Positions 1-13,265 of a stretch of DNA of 64,000 nt are shown one piece after another. The position numbers and the translations under genes were made by a program. The DNA comes from Octopus sinensis (Eukaryota), in assembly GCF_006345805.1 (NCBI RefSeq), contig NC_043015.1, positions 50,096,001 through 50,160,000 on the forward strand. Reading direction: 5' to 3'. The notes under the pieces were generated by a model. That model saw only the letters and a list, made by a program, of their open reading frames with translations, was not told the DNA's origin and ran no database searches. Each line of letters opens with the position of its first letter. Positions within the stretch are counted from its first letter, which is position 1.

Positions 1-320
1 CCAGCTGATCCAGATCAGAAGTAGCGGGGAGGGCTGTTCCAAGTCCCAGCTTGCATTTCCAGTGGCAGCAGACCACTAGTCTTTCCTCTGAATCTAAGCC
101 CAACCAGTCACGTTCTCTGCAGATTCAGTAACAGAATTTATGGTTCTTCTTTTTGCTGCACCAGTAACTCCATGCCCAGTCAGTGCTTTGCTGAATGAAA
201 AGCCCTGCTTCAGCTGCCTTGCAACATGCATGCCAACCCTGGTTTCTGTACTGTTTTACCAGACCCTGGTATCGGGTATCTGATATGCTTCATCTCATGA
301 GTCTCCTCCATGTGTTCTTC
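1..320 (-). mobile_element. Hero/NeSL-like non-LTR retrotransposon, degraded C-terminal restriction-like endonuclease fragment
   Basis: Minus-strand translation across frameshifts gives EEHMEETHEMKH..YQGLVKQYRNQGW..GVTGAAKRRTINSVTESAE, resembling the C-terminus of Hero-clade ORFs. Confidence 0.6.
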
Positions 321-1080
321 ATCCTCCTCATCATCATCATTCATCATCTACCTTCCTATCTTTTATCTTTGATCTTTTATTTGCTTTAGTCATTAGAAAC
401 GTACCCATGCTGGGGCACTGCCTTCACAAATTTTTGGTCAAAATTAGGAGCACTCCCGCGCTTATGTTGTATAGAGAAATATTCCAGGACCTCAAAGGAC
501 TAAAACCAACAAAATATTGACTTCAAATTTTGGCACAAGGCCAGCAAGTTTAGGGGGTGCGCAGATTAAGTTTTCATCGACCCCAGTGTCCAACTGGTAC
601 TTATTTCATTGACCCCGAATAGATGAAAGGTAAAGTTGACCTCGGCAGATTTTGAACTCAGAATTTAAGATGAACGAAATACCTCTGAGCATTTCGCCCA
701 GTATGCTAACAATTTTGCCAGCTGACCATCTTAAACCAACAAAATACCAATAATGATATTTTCCAAAAATCCAAGACTTCTGTTTATCAAGGTAGATAAG
801 GAAGATTAAAAATGCTGCGTTGTTGATGCTTAGCTCCAGGTTAACCTGATCCAGCAGACCTATGGATAAAAGCCTTTCAGCCATGCCCACCTCTTCTTTA
901 GTTCATCTGGTGCATCTGGGATTATATTTCTCAATGTCATTTTCTATTCTCTTTTTTGTAGGATGGTAGGTTATAATTTGAGAGAAGTTTAAAATTTAGC
1001 TGCTATGTCTAGCAAGCCACACGACCACATATAGTTACTGTCTCTGTTTCTCTCTCTCTCTGTTTCTCTCTCTCTCTGTT

Positions 1081-1111
<31 letters not shown>

Positions 1112-1212
1112 GTTTCTTGGTGTTTGAGGAGAAAATATGTCATTCATATTTGTGTCAAGGGCATTAGTTACATAATCAGAATGGAAACAAAAGTTTTGGA
1201 GCACCAAAAGTA

Positions 1213-1265
<53 letters not shown>

Positions 1266-1513
1266 CTAGATAAAAATATAGAATATACATACATATATAT
1301 GCAAACATATATAGACATGCACACACATATAAAACACATACAAACTACACACACACACAACCATACATACATATCTATATATACATATTATTATCTGTAC
1401 TGAAATTCTTGTTGTTGTTTCAAATGTTGGCACAAGGCCAGCAAGTTCAAAGGAGGGGATCAGTTGATTACATCGATCCAATACTTGACTGGTACTTACT
1501 CTATTGACCCTGG

Positions 1514-1574
<61 letters not shown>

Positions 1575-2111
1575 GGCAGTGGCTCTCATGGCTTCTGATC
1601 TTAACTGATTGGAAGTGTTATCATGTACATTGTTTTGTCTTGGTATAAAAGATGGGCTACAGCAAATATTCTGCTCAATACCACAGATTTGCTTGTCAGT
1701 TGTTTGACCTTAACCAGTTGAGCATCTCCCTTAGTGGCTGACGATATGTGCATCTCTGATCACGAGCAGAAGTAGTGGGGGAGCATCATAGCCATGTGTT
1801 GAGAAGGATTCTTTGGGGTTTGAATAATTCACCTCTGGAAACATGGGTGTTGCGTTCAACGTCCTTAAACAACCCTTATTCAGGGACCTTTTGAGCGGGA
1901 TGGGTTACTCGATCTGAAGAAAATTCTAACTGGGCTCCACCTGCAAGGTCATGTGCTGTTTATCTTGATATGAGATCACCATGTCGCACACATATGGTTG
2001 TGATGCATGTGCCTGGTGTACCCTTATCAGACGGGTAGTCATGATGGGTATACTGGGCTTCGTATATTTTACCCCAGTGTCACTTTGATGGCATGCTCTG
2101 CTCGCTCACTC
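1575..2111 (+). mobile_element. About 540 bp non-coding interspersed element embedded in (AAT)n
   Basis: Highly similar to the reverse complement of 18934-19489 and to partial copy 41296-41552. Flanked by (AAT)n at 1514-1574 and 2112-2160. Confidence 0.85.
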
Positions 2112-2192
<81 letters not shown>

Positions 2193-2859
2193 CATAATGA
2201 TGATGATAAAGTGTATTGAAATTGTTAGAATATATCATTTTTCAGTTGTGTTGTTGTTTAGCTTCAAGTACACTTGTGCTCAAAGAAACAGAGTCTAGTC
2301 TTGACCATCCCATCTATTCATGCTAGGCTTATCCCTTAAAATACTACATTATCCAATATAACACATCCTTTCCTGGAGATTTGACTGCCATGTCTAGCAT
2401 ATTGAGCGACCCGCATAAATTCTCCCTCTCCCGAACTATTACATGAATAGATCTTGTTTTGTTTTTTCACCTAGAAGCAAGGTCAAAGTTTGAAAGCGAG
2501 GGGAGGGGCACTTTAAAAATTAGAGTATGAAATCTGCATGGCTCTGTGCATTTTATTTATTCGTCAAGTTGTGAGTGAAGGTACAGAGTTATTCGTTAGC
2601 TAAGGGGGGGGGGCTACTGCGAATGAGGAAACCTAATATTTAGGTTGAATCTGACAGTGTAGTATGTGTGAGATGGTGCATTGTTAGCCTGCAAGGGTTG
2701 GCGTGGGAGGATTGAGATGTGTGTGGGTGAAGGGTGGGGGGGTAAGAGGGAGAAGGAAGGGAAAAAAGGTGTTAGAAGGGAAGGCATTGCAGGTAAGAGA
2801 AAAAGGAGTGGAGGGAGGATTGTGTGAAATAGTGTGTGAGATGAGAGGTAGATGGGGTG

Positions 2860-2937
2860 GTGAGTAAGTGGGTGGATAGATGGATAGGTAGACAGGTAGA
2901 CAGGCAGACACATGGGTAGTTAGGAGTGCAAATAGGT

Positions 2938-2969
<32 letters not shown>

Positions 2970-3238
2970 AGACAGAGAAAAAGGGAGTCAGAGACAGTGA
3001 CACACAGACTGACAGACAGACACACGGGTAGGTAGGAGTGCAAATTGATAGAAAGAGAGGGGGGAGACAGAGAGAAAGGGAGACAGAGACAGTGATACAC
3101 AGACAGAGAGATAGACAGAGAGACATAGACAAATAGATAGACAGATAGATAGATAGAGAGAGAGAGAGAGAAAGAGAGAGAGACAGACAGACAGGCAGAC
3201 ACAAGATAGATAAATAGCTAGACAGGTAGATAGATAGG

Positions 3239-3316
<78 letters not shown>

Positions 3317-3480
3317 GCCAGAGAGACACACACACAGCCAGATACAGACAGACAAACAGTCAGACAGACAGATAAACAGGTAGTTAGGTAGATAGGTAGA
3401 TAGGTAGAGTATTAAAAGAAATAAAGATTGATTGATAATATACCTCTGTTGTGAAAGATAGACCGACACACAGACAGAGA
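2860..3480. repeat. Compound (GA)n/(GACA)n/(GATA)n microsatellite block
   Basis: Directly visible simple repeats; source of several spurious ORFs. Confidence 0.9.
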
Positions 3481-4153
3481 GAAACCATTTTATCTTCTTT
3501 ATATTTGAAGTCTACATCCCTCCAAGATGGATGAAGTAAATACCAGGGTTGTACACTGGAATCAGTTTGATTCATTGAGAGAAAAGACATGGGTGGTAGA
3601 GGAGAAGTTTGCCAAAGTTTTGAGAATTCTGTTGCATTTCTTTCTGCTAGGAGGTGGGGCTGCGTACCAGAGACTGTGATCATGTGAAATTCTTGGGCCA
3701 TGGGTGTTAGGACTTCCCAAGTTTATCACCATTTGTGCTGGGTCCCAAAGGACATGTTTGTATTTCTCTAGCCTCACTGGTGCTGGTGGCATGACAAAGG
3801 TACTCAGTAAGCACTGTAAAGTGGTTGGCATTAGGAAAGGCATCCAGCCATAGAAACCATAGCAAAGCAGGCACTGGAGCTCGATGCTGCCCTGTAATTT
3901 GCCAGATCCTGTCAAACCGTCCGATTCATGGCAACATTGAAAAACATGTTAAATGATGATGGTGGTGGTGGTGACGGTAAGTGGAGGCAGGATTAGAACT
4001 CGCAACACAAAGAGCTCGTACAGACATCACAAGACCTCCTATCTGACTCTCCCTGACAACTCTGCTATTAGGAGGAATTGAACTCAGAGTGGAGAGGACT
4101 GGAACAAATATCAAATGACATTTTATCTGAACCTGTAACAACTCTGCCCGCCA

Positions 4154-4565
4154 ATATGGCCCTCGGGCATATAGCATAGTGGTTAAGAGTGCGGGCTACT
4201 AACCCCAAGATTTTGAGTTCAATTCCAATTATTTTTCCATCCCCTGCATATTCCAATATATTCAGAATCTGCACCATCTATTTTTCTGGACAATAACAAC
4301 AATAACAATAACAACAATAATAATGACAATAATAACATTGAAAAACCTGAACAATAACAACAATAATAATGACAATAATAACATTGAAAAATACCTTAGG
4401 AATGAGAGCCCCGGTTCGAAATTTCCCCCAAGACACCTGAAGAAGGCTGGAGGGTATATCAGCTGAAATGTTGTGTTAACAACAAACAAGATGAGGACAA
4501 ATATCCGTTGAATGTAAATAATGTAAATAATGTACATAATTCCTCATCTCTTAAATATAGAACTG
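4154..4565 (+). mobile_element. tRNA-headed element with hammerhead-like 3' part (copy 1)
   Basis: tRNA-like head 4165-4227 (A box TAGCATAGTGG, B box GTTCAATTCC), (AAT/AAC)n linker, then GACAC-CTGAAGA-A-GGCTG..CAGCT-GAAA-TG-TT-GTGTT at 4432-4477. Homologous to 18767-19583 and 60987-61490. Confidence 0.75.
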
Positions 4566-5100
4566 AATGACAAAATTATTTTAATAAATTCTTCATTATT
4601 TTCAAAATTAATTAAAACAAAAGTCATGTATCTCAATAGAAATATGGTAACACAAAAGGATTAAGCATGTGGAATCAAGTTTTCAGAGTTGAATCCTTGA
4701 GCAAGGTATACAACTCTGTTTGCTTTCCAGTTAACCTGACTGACCAACAAAAAGAAATTCACAGAAAACAGTAAGAAAGGTATTTAACAATAAAAACATT
4801 TGCTCCAACAAGTAACTCCCCTAACTCATGCTAACATGGCAATATGGACGTAAAACTTTTTATTCTTTTTCTTTTGAGATACCTTCAGTCCAGAATTACC
4901 AAACCATATTTTGTAATTCTAGATAATTTTCAGCAATTCTAGTGATTCTTAAATCTCTTTTGGCTTTAAACCATTATTGCAAGCTTTCATTTTTCCTTTC
5001 TACTTTCTTGTTTTCTTACTCTCATCTTTTTCTCTATTATTTTCTTTCAATTTCATTTTTCCATACTTTTTTACTTTTGTATTTTCTAATTTTCTACCCT

Positions 5101-5107
<7 letters not shown>

Positions 5108-5194
<87 letters not shown>

Positions 5195-5363
5195 CCTACT
5201 TACCTACCTATCTACCTATCTATCTACCTACCTACCTACCTACCTACCTACCTATCTATCTATCTATCTATCTATCTATCTCTCTCTATATATTTATTTA
5301 TTTATTTATTTATTTATTTATACATATGTATGATATAAAATAAATATAAACATCATACACACA

Positions 5364-5428
<65 letters not shown>

Positions 5429-5440
5429 ATATATATATAT

Positions 5441-5500
<60 letters not shown>

Positions 5501-5526
5501 ATCTATGGATAAGTTACTGTCTGTCT

Positions 5527-5590
<64 letters not shown>
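5108..5590. repeat. Compound (CT)n/(CTAT)n/(TA)n microsatellites
   Basis: Directly visible. Confidence 0.9.
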
Positions 5591-5593
<3 letters not shown>

Positions 5594-6599
5594 ACTCATA
5601 CACTTTCTTCCTGTGTTTCCTCATGCTTTCCCACCTGAAATTATTTCTCTTTCTCCCACCTCTCCCTCCCTCCCACTCCACGTTACACACTCAACCTCTA
5701 TGGACCAATGAGGGAGGAAGCCTCTCCCTGCATGGTCGTTCAGCTTACTAGAAATAGCAACCAAAATAAATCTCCTTCAAATCATGCCCCACCATCTTAG
5801 AAAACAATGTGCTTCATAATGCAGTCCTGGGAACAATATGACTTGAGAAAAAAATGTGATGGTCATGGCAGGAACATCTTTGATAATAAATTTTGTTTGT
5901 TCACTGAGGGCTGGGACAAACAACCAAGAACTAAACAATTCCAATCAATCATCTCCCACACTCCCACTCAACATACACTCTTTCTCTCACATTCACACTC
6001 AATATACACCCTTTCTCCTGCACTCCCACCCAAAATACATCCTTTCACACTCACTTCTTATACTTTCTGTCTCTCCATAAACCTCTATATTCCCTCCCAC
6101 CATTTATCACCCCCTCCTCCTCCTCCTCCTCCTTTCACTTACCCTATCTGCCTTTATTCATTCCTCTTTACTTCTCCCTCCTCCTATCTCTATCTCTCTT
6201 CTTTAGACCTCTCTTTCTTCTCGTCTCCCTCTCTTCTACTATCTCTCTCCTTGTCTCCTTCTCTCTCTCTCTCTCCTACTATCTCTCTCCCTGTCTCTCT
6301 CTTTCTATCTGTCCCTATCTCCTTTTTTCCTCCCCTCTTGCCTCTCTCCATCCCCTCCTTTATCTCCCTCTCTCCCAAATCACCCCCTCCACCTCGTCTC
6401 ATTTTCTCCTTCTCTCACTTCCCCTCCTCTATCTCCCACTCTTACCCTTACCCCCCTCTCTCCCTTTCATCCCCCCCTCTCTTTCAAACACTCTAGGCTT
6501 AAGTGAATTACTCCTTAACAAACTACTACCTGTCTTTCAAGGAACCTAATTACACAACAACCACAACAACACCAACAACAACAACAACAACAACCGGTT

Positions 6600-6629
6600 C
6601 TAACCCTAACCCTAACCCTAACCCTAACC
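6600..6629 (-). repeat. Short interstitial (TTAGGG)n tract, about 5 units
   Basis: (CTAACC)5 on the + strand following a (CAA)n run. Confidence 0.85.
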
Positions 6630-6999
6630 TCCCATTGATCCATCACTTGGTGCCTTACAAGAACAGTGAGTCTCTGCTACATTATTGTTCACTTTTGGCT
6701 AAAGTTAACTGAATCTCATGAATTCCTGCCAACTTTATTCAACCAATTTTGTGAGGAGGACAGAACCGAAACAAAAGAAAGGAAACGAAAGAAAGAAGGA
6801 CGGAAAGAGAGAAAGAAGGAAAAAGAAGAAATAAGGAAAGTAAAAGAATAAAAACAAAAAATGCAAAACAAAATAAAACATTAGACAAAAGCATAAAAGG
6901 AAGGAAATAAAATTATTATTTTACTTTGCTTTCGCTTTGACCATTGCTGTTAAGGCCATGCTGGAGCTTGCTTTTCAGCTTTATATATAAATGCATCCA

Positions 7000-7029
<30 letters not shown>

Positions 7030-7030
<1 letters not shown>

Positions 7031-7428
7031 TTCTTTACTGCCCACAAGGGGCTAAACATAGAGGGGACAAACAAGGACAGACTAACGGATTAAGTTGATT
7101 ACATTGACCTCAGTGCATAACTGGTACTTAATTTATCGACCCCAAAAGGATGAAAGGCAAAGTCGACCTCAGGTGAATTTGAACTCAGAATGTAAAGACA
7201 GACGATATACCTATTTCTTTACTACCCACAAGGGGCTAAACACAGAGGGGACAAACAAGGACAGACAAACGGACCACCACTGCATAACTGGTACTTAATT
7301 TATCGACCCCAAAAGGATGAAAGGCAAAGTCGACCTCAGCGGAATTTGAACTCACAACATAACGGCAGCCGAAATACCGCTAAGCATTTCGCTCGGCATG
7401 CTAACGTTTTTGCCAGCTCGCTGCCTTA
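7030..7428 (-). mobile_element. tRNA-derived SINE family A, tandem dimer
   Basis: Head ggcggcgagctggcagaaacgttagc..gagttcaaattcc and central gcctttcatcctttcggggtcgataaattaagtaccag. Other copies near 520-730, 8312-8546, 21580-21740, 26440-26625, 33800-34005, 35500-36120, 38510-38710, 40850-41290, 41905-42125, 56895-57270, 62145-62345, 62915-63085. Confidence 0.85.
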
Positions 7429-8311
7429 TCCAAAATATATAAATAAGCCAAAAAAGTAGTCAGACCGGGTTGTGATTTGGTTTAATGTTTAGCTTTATGG
7501 TTGGCTGATTTCTTTAACAGATGAAATATTTAGTATCTTCCATAAAACCTGTACTGAAAGACTCTCATGTAGATTAAACACCAGAGTGAAGAAGTATGAT
7601 ATGAGATAGCTGTAGTAAACAGTATTTCTTGTGGTTCTTTATGTCCTGAGTTCAAATCCTGTCGAAGTCAATTTCACTTTTCATCCTTTCGGGATTGATG
7701 AAATAAAGTAGTGGGGACAATGTAATTGACTTGTCCTCCCCCGTCAAAACTTACTGGTCTTGATCCCTGCAATGAACCAGTGTCCTGTTTAGGGAGAATG
7801 TTGTAATCTCAGTAACCAACCTTAGGGGTTCTAGGGCTCAAGAAAAAAAAAAATATATATATATAAGAAATCTGGTACATAGAGATGTTTGCGTTAATGA
7901 CCACTAGTCCAAGTCATTCCTTGTTATGAAGGCACATGGCTTAAAGTTTAGGGTATTCAGGGCCCATGGCCGTAAGGTCATGAGTTTGATTCTTGGAGAC
8001 ACAATGTGCCCTTGAGCAAGACACTTCATTTCTTGTTGCTGCCGTCCACCCAGCTGTCAAAAATGAGTAGTACTCTCTTTCACCTGGTACTTTACCAAAG
8101 GAACATGCCTCTCTCTCTTATTCACTCGGTGCTTTACTGGATGTACATGGCTGTTGTCCTTAGTCCTGTTGCCCTTCACTAAACATTTAGGGGCAGTTTG
8201 TTTTCACTCTTAGATGCCATGCATCTACCTCTTTCTACCTCTTACAGCACTTACACCTGATACAAACATTACCAAAGGTTGTGTGAGCCTTGTCATTACT
8301 ATCATCCATTT

Positions 8312-8546
8312 ACCTATTTCTTTACTACCCACAAGGGGCTAAACACAGAGAGGACAAACAAGGACAGACAAATGGATTAAGTCGATTATATCGACCCCAG
8401 TGCGTAACTGGTACTTATTTAATTGACCCCGAAAGGATGAAAGGCAAAGTTGGCCTCGGCAGAATTTGAACTCAGAACGTAGCGGCAGACGAAATACTGC
8501 GAAGCATTTCGCCCGGCGTGGTAACGTTTCTGCCAGCTTGCCGCCA
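8312..8546 (-). mobile_element. SINE family A, near full-length copy
   Basis: Complete head to tail match with 32940-33178. Confidence 0.85.
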
Positions 8547-10273
8547 TCCATTTACCGCTGGGGAACAGCCGATGACTACAGACTGTACATCATCTTTAAT
8601 GACGAAATATAACAGACACCCATAAAATTATTAACCAACTTACTAACAATAACTCTGAGCACCTTTTCAAACTCCACCTGTCTAACACCCGTGGACATGT
8701 TTACAAAGTCAGAAAACAGCACAGCACCCATGACTTTTGAAAACATTTTTTCCCGCTAAGAGTTGCTAAAGTAAGGAACAAACTTCTGGCATCAGTTGTT
8801 AGTTGTTGGAGCACTGCATCCTTCAAAACTTCCATGCTTCCTGAGATTCGCCAACACTACACCTCATTTTCTCCCCTCCATACACACACGCAAGCATGTA
8901 TCTGACTCATACACTGTTCACTTTCCAGACCTTTGTACATTACTGCATATGCTTTATACGCACTTTTGACAAGTTGTGGTGCACCTGAGCACTGTATACA
9001 ATAATTTCATCGTTATTATTATTATTATTATTATTATATATAAAATCTGTAAGCATTCTCTTTTTCCTTCTGTTAATTCATTTGGTGCATACATCACTGT
9101 CCCGTGAAGTTTTAACTAACCTGCTGTCAGTACAAATAATCACTGTATCTGTTATTGCTTTCAGCAACACAACTGATTGCACACATGTTAAATCAAATAA
9201 ATTTCCTGTCAAACTACCTGAAGTCAGTAAAATATACATCATTAGAGCTGGGTGAAGAACCTAGTTAGTATTAAACGTGGGTTGCAGGTGTATATGAACT
9301 TGCAATGCAGGTGGTGGGCACATCAGTGCAAAGCAAAATAAAAAATCCTTTATAGATACACAGGTATGTCACTTATATTAAATTACAATCTTGGTCACAT
9401 ACCTTCTTTCTGGTTTTCCAAATTTGAACATGAGGCACAATTCCACCCCCCGGCATACAGTTCTCCATTCTTGAACTAAATAATCAAAGTTTTCATAAAT
9501 TTCTACACAAACACAGTACAAATTGGGAGCTGACGAGGCCCATGACCTTCCCAAGGACATGAGGGACATAATTGAAAGAAAAGTCAAATAGCAAAATATA
9601 ACTAAAAGTGGGTCATAGTTAAGGCCAGTACAAAACTCTTTTCTATTCAATGTCACCTGGTGATTTTGAAAGAAAATTATATTGATGAATTGCTCTGAAT
9701 TAACAATGACCTCTGGGCCCATTTTTCTTATATCAGTTTGGCTTTTTTTTTTCTTTTAGATTTTAACTCTGTAAAAATTTACTAGTTCACATTAAAATTC
9801 CTATTTTATGAAATTCCTTTCTAATACAATTAAAGTGTAGTAGAAGTTAATGCAGGCAGATGAAGAAATCATCATCATTGTCATCATCATCGTCACTATC
9901 ATTGTTGCCGTCATCGCTATCATTATCATCGCTGGCATTGTCATCATGCTTGCCATCAACATCATTGTCATCATCATCATTATCATCATTATTTTCACCA
10001 TCATCGTCATCATCATCATCCTCATTTTGACACCCACTTTTCTGTGCCTACATTGATCAGCAGAAATATTGTTAAAGTAGGTTTCCTACGACCAGATGCC
10101 TTTCCAGTCACCAACCTTCACATATTTCCAAGCAAGGTAACATTTCCCCATGGCAACACATGGAAATGAACAACTCTTGTTTGACAATGATGCTTGTTTA
10201 CAACCACCACATGATGTCAATGCAAGGACATGCACACACACACATACACACATACATACATATTTGAATATAA

Positions 10274-10311
<38 letters not shown>

Positions 10312-10473
10312 TATATATATACATACATATATATATATATATATTGGCCTGCTCACTTAGCCAGCAGGGTGGCATCATTTGAAGGCTAAAACAATGCAAA
10401 CGCATCGTGACCAGCGATGTGTAGCAACATCTGATAGCTTGGTCAGTCACGTGATCACGTGATATATATATAT

Positions 10474-10511
<38 letters not shown>

Positions 10512-10512
<1 letters not shown>

Positions 10513-10750
10513 CATCATCATCATCATTTAACGTCCGTTTTCCGCGCTAGCACGGGTTGGACGGTTTCGACCGGGGTCTGGGGAGCTCGGGACTGCCCCA
10601 GGCTCCAGTCTAGTCTGGCAGTGTTTCTACAGCTGGATGCCCTTCCTAACGCCAACCACTCCGCGAGTGTAGTGGGTGTTTTTTACGTGCCACCTGCACA
10701 GGTGCCAGAGGGGTCTGGCATCGGCCACGTTCGGATGGTGCTTTTTATGG
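10512..10750 (-). mobile_element. SINE/LINE family C with RTE-like (GAT)n tail
   Basis: gagtggttggcgttaggaagggcatccagctgtagaaac...ggacgttaaatgatgatgat. Further copies near 3770-3975, 13703-13890, 14780-15103, 17251-17412, 36610-36830, 41550-41905, 42840-43125, 43830-44030, 57625-57890, 58470-58630, 61680-61895. Confidence 0.8.
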
Positions 10751-10759
10751 GGGGGGGGG

Positions 10760-11190
10760 CAGAAATATAGGGGAGCACCAGTGGGAGGGATGGTTCAGAG
10801 GACAGGTACTAGGCAAGTAGAACGTAGGATACCGAGAGAGGGGTAATGCATGGTGAAATAGCGTATTGAAGAGGGGGCTTCAAATAGTAGACACCTATAA
10901 TGGTGGTGGGGGGTGGTTCAGAGGACAGGTTCTAGGCAAGTAGAACGTAGGATATCGAGAGAGGGGTAATGCATGGTGAAATAGCGTATTGAAGAGGGGG
11001 GTTCAAAGAGTAGACACCTATAATGGTGGTGGGGGGGTGCAGAAATATAGGGGAACACCAGTGGGAGGGGTGGTTCAGAGGACAGGTTCTAGGCAAGTAG
11101 AACGTAGGATATCGAGAGAGGGGTAATGCATGGTGAAATAGCGTATTGAAGAGGGGGGTTCAAAGAGTAGACACCTATAATGGTGGTGGG
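10760..11190. repeat. Tandem repeat, core about 120 bp, three copies
   Basis: ggttcagaggacagg...gtagacacctataatggtggtggg recurs near 10792, 10914 and 11072. Copies 1 and 3 carry an extra upstream gcagaaatataggg segment. Confidence 0.9.
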
Positions 11191-11270
11191 AGAAACGACA
11201 TCCGGTATAGTTGGAGCAAAATAGAGATATTCGGATTGGTGGTGGTGGGGGTGGGTAGGGCGGGCGCGCC

Positions 11271-12072
11271 GCGAAGAATCGGCAGCCAATTTCTATCAGC
11301 CCTGTAAGGGAGAATAGATCTTAAATATCTATAACGATAACTAGTGAATTATACAGAATATGCAAAAACGAGGCGAGGCTGAAATAGTAAACAGAGTGGC
11401 GTCTAGGGGGATCAGAATAATAATAATTAATAAATAATAATAATAAATAGAAATACGGGATGAATTAAAGTTCAAGGATTTCTTATCTTGGGATCACTTC
11501 GTTTACGGACAGTCTTGGCAAAAGGAATTCGGAATCAAGAATGAGGAAGGTTACTAGCTTAAGTATGCATAGGAGTCCAGACAGACAATGTAAAAGAGGG
11601 GGAGAGAAGGGCGCGAAGAATCGGCAGCCAATTTCTATCAGCCCTGTAAGGGAGAATAGATCTTAAATATCTATAACGATAACTAGTGAATTATACAGAA
11701 TATGCAAAAACGAGGCGAGGCTGAAATAGTAAACAGAGTGGCGTCTAGGGGGATCAGAATAATAATAATTAATAAATAATAATAATAAATAGAAATACGG
11801 GATGAATTAAAGTTCAAGGATTTTTATCTTGGGATCACTTCGTTTACGGACAGTCTTGGCAAAAGGAATTCGGAATCAAGAATGAGGAAGGTTACTAGCT
11901 TAAGTATGCATAGGAGTCCAGACAGACAATGTAAAAAGATGGGGAGAGAAGGGCGCGAAGAATCGGCAGCCAATTTCTATCAGCCCTGTAAGGGAGAATA
12001 GATCTTAAATATCTATAACGATAACTAGTGAATTATACAGAATATGCAAAAACGAGGCGAGGCTGAAATAGT
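11271..12072. repeat. 342 bp tandem repeat, about 2.3 near-identical copies
   Basis: gcgaagaatcggcagccaatttc starts at 11271, 11613 and 11955; the array ends abruptly at (TA)n. Confidence 0.93.
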
Positions 12073-12131
12073 ATATATATATATATATTATATATATATA
12101 TATTATATATATATTATATATACACATATAC

Positions 12132-12175
<44 letters not shown>

Positions 12176-12191
12176 CACACATATATATATT

Positions 12192-12237
<46 letters not shown>

Positions 12238-12353
12238 ATTAGGGAGTATATCCAAACTTACAGGGAAAAATTATATTTAGGATTAAATCAAATTTCACAG
12301 TATAAATATAAATTAATAGTGGTTTTATCTCTAATTTAATTATATATATGTAT

Positions 12354-12456
<103 letters not shown>

Positions 12457-12462
12457 TATATG

Positions 12463-12511
<49 letters not shown>

Positions 12512-12525
12512 GTATATATATATAC

Positions 12526-13265
<740 letters not shown>

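Noticed and set aside
9801-10056. Met/Ile-rich hydrophobic ORFs on both strands
   Set aside because: Degenerate (CAT)n tail of a repeat.
10760-12072. CRISPR-like array
   Set aside because: The units are long contiguous tandem copies with no unique spacers, in a eukaryotic context with no cas genes.
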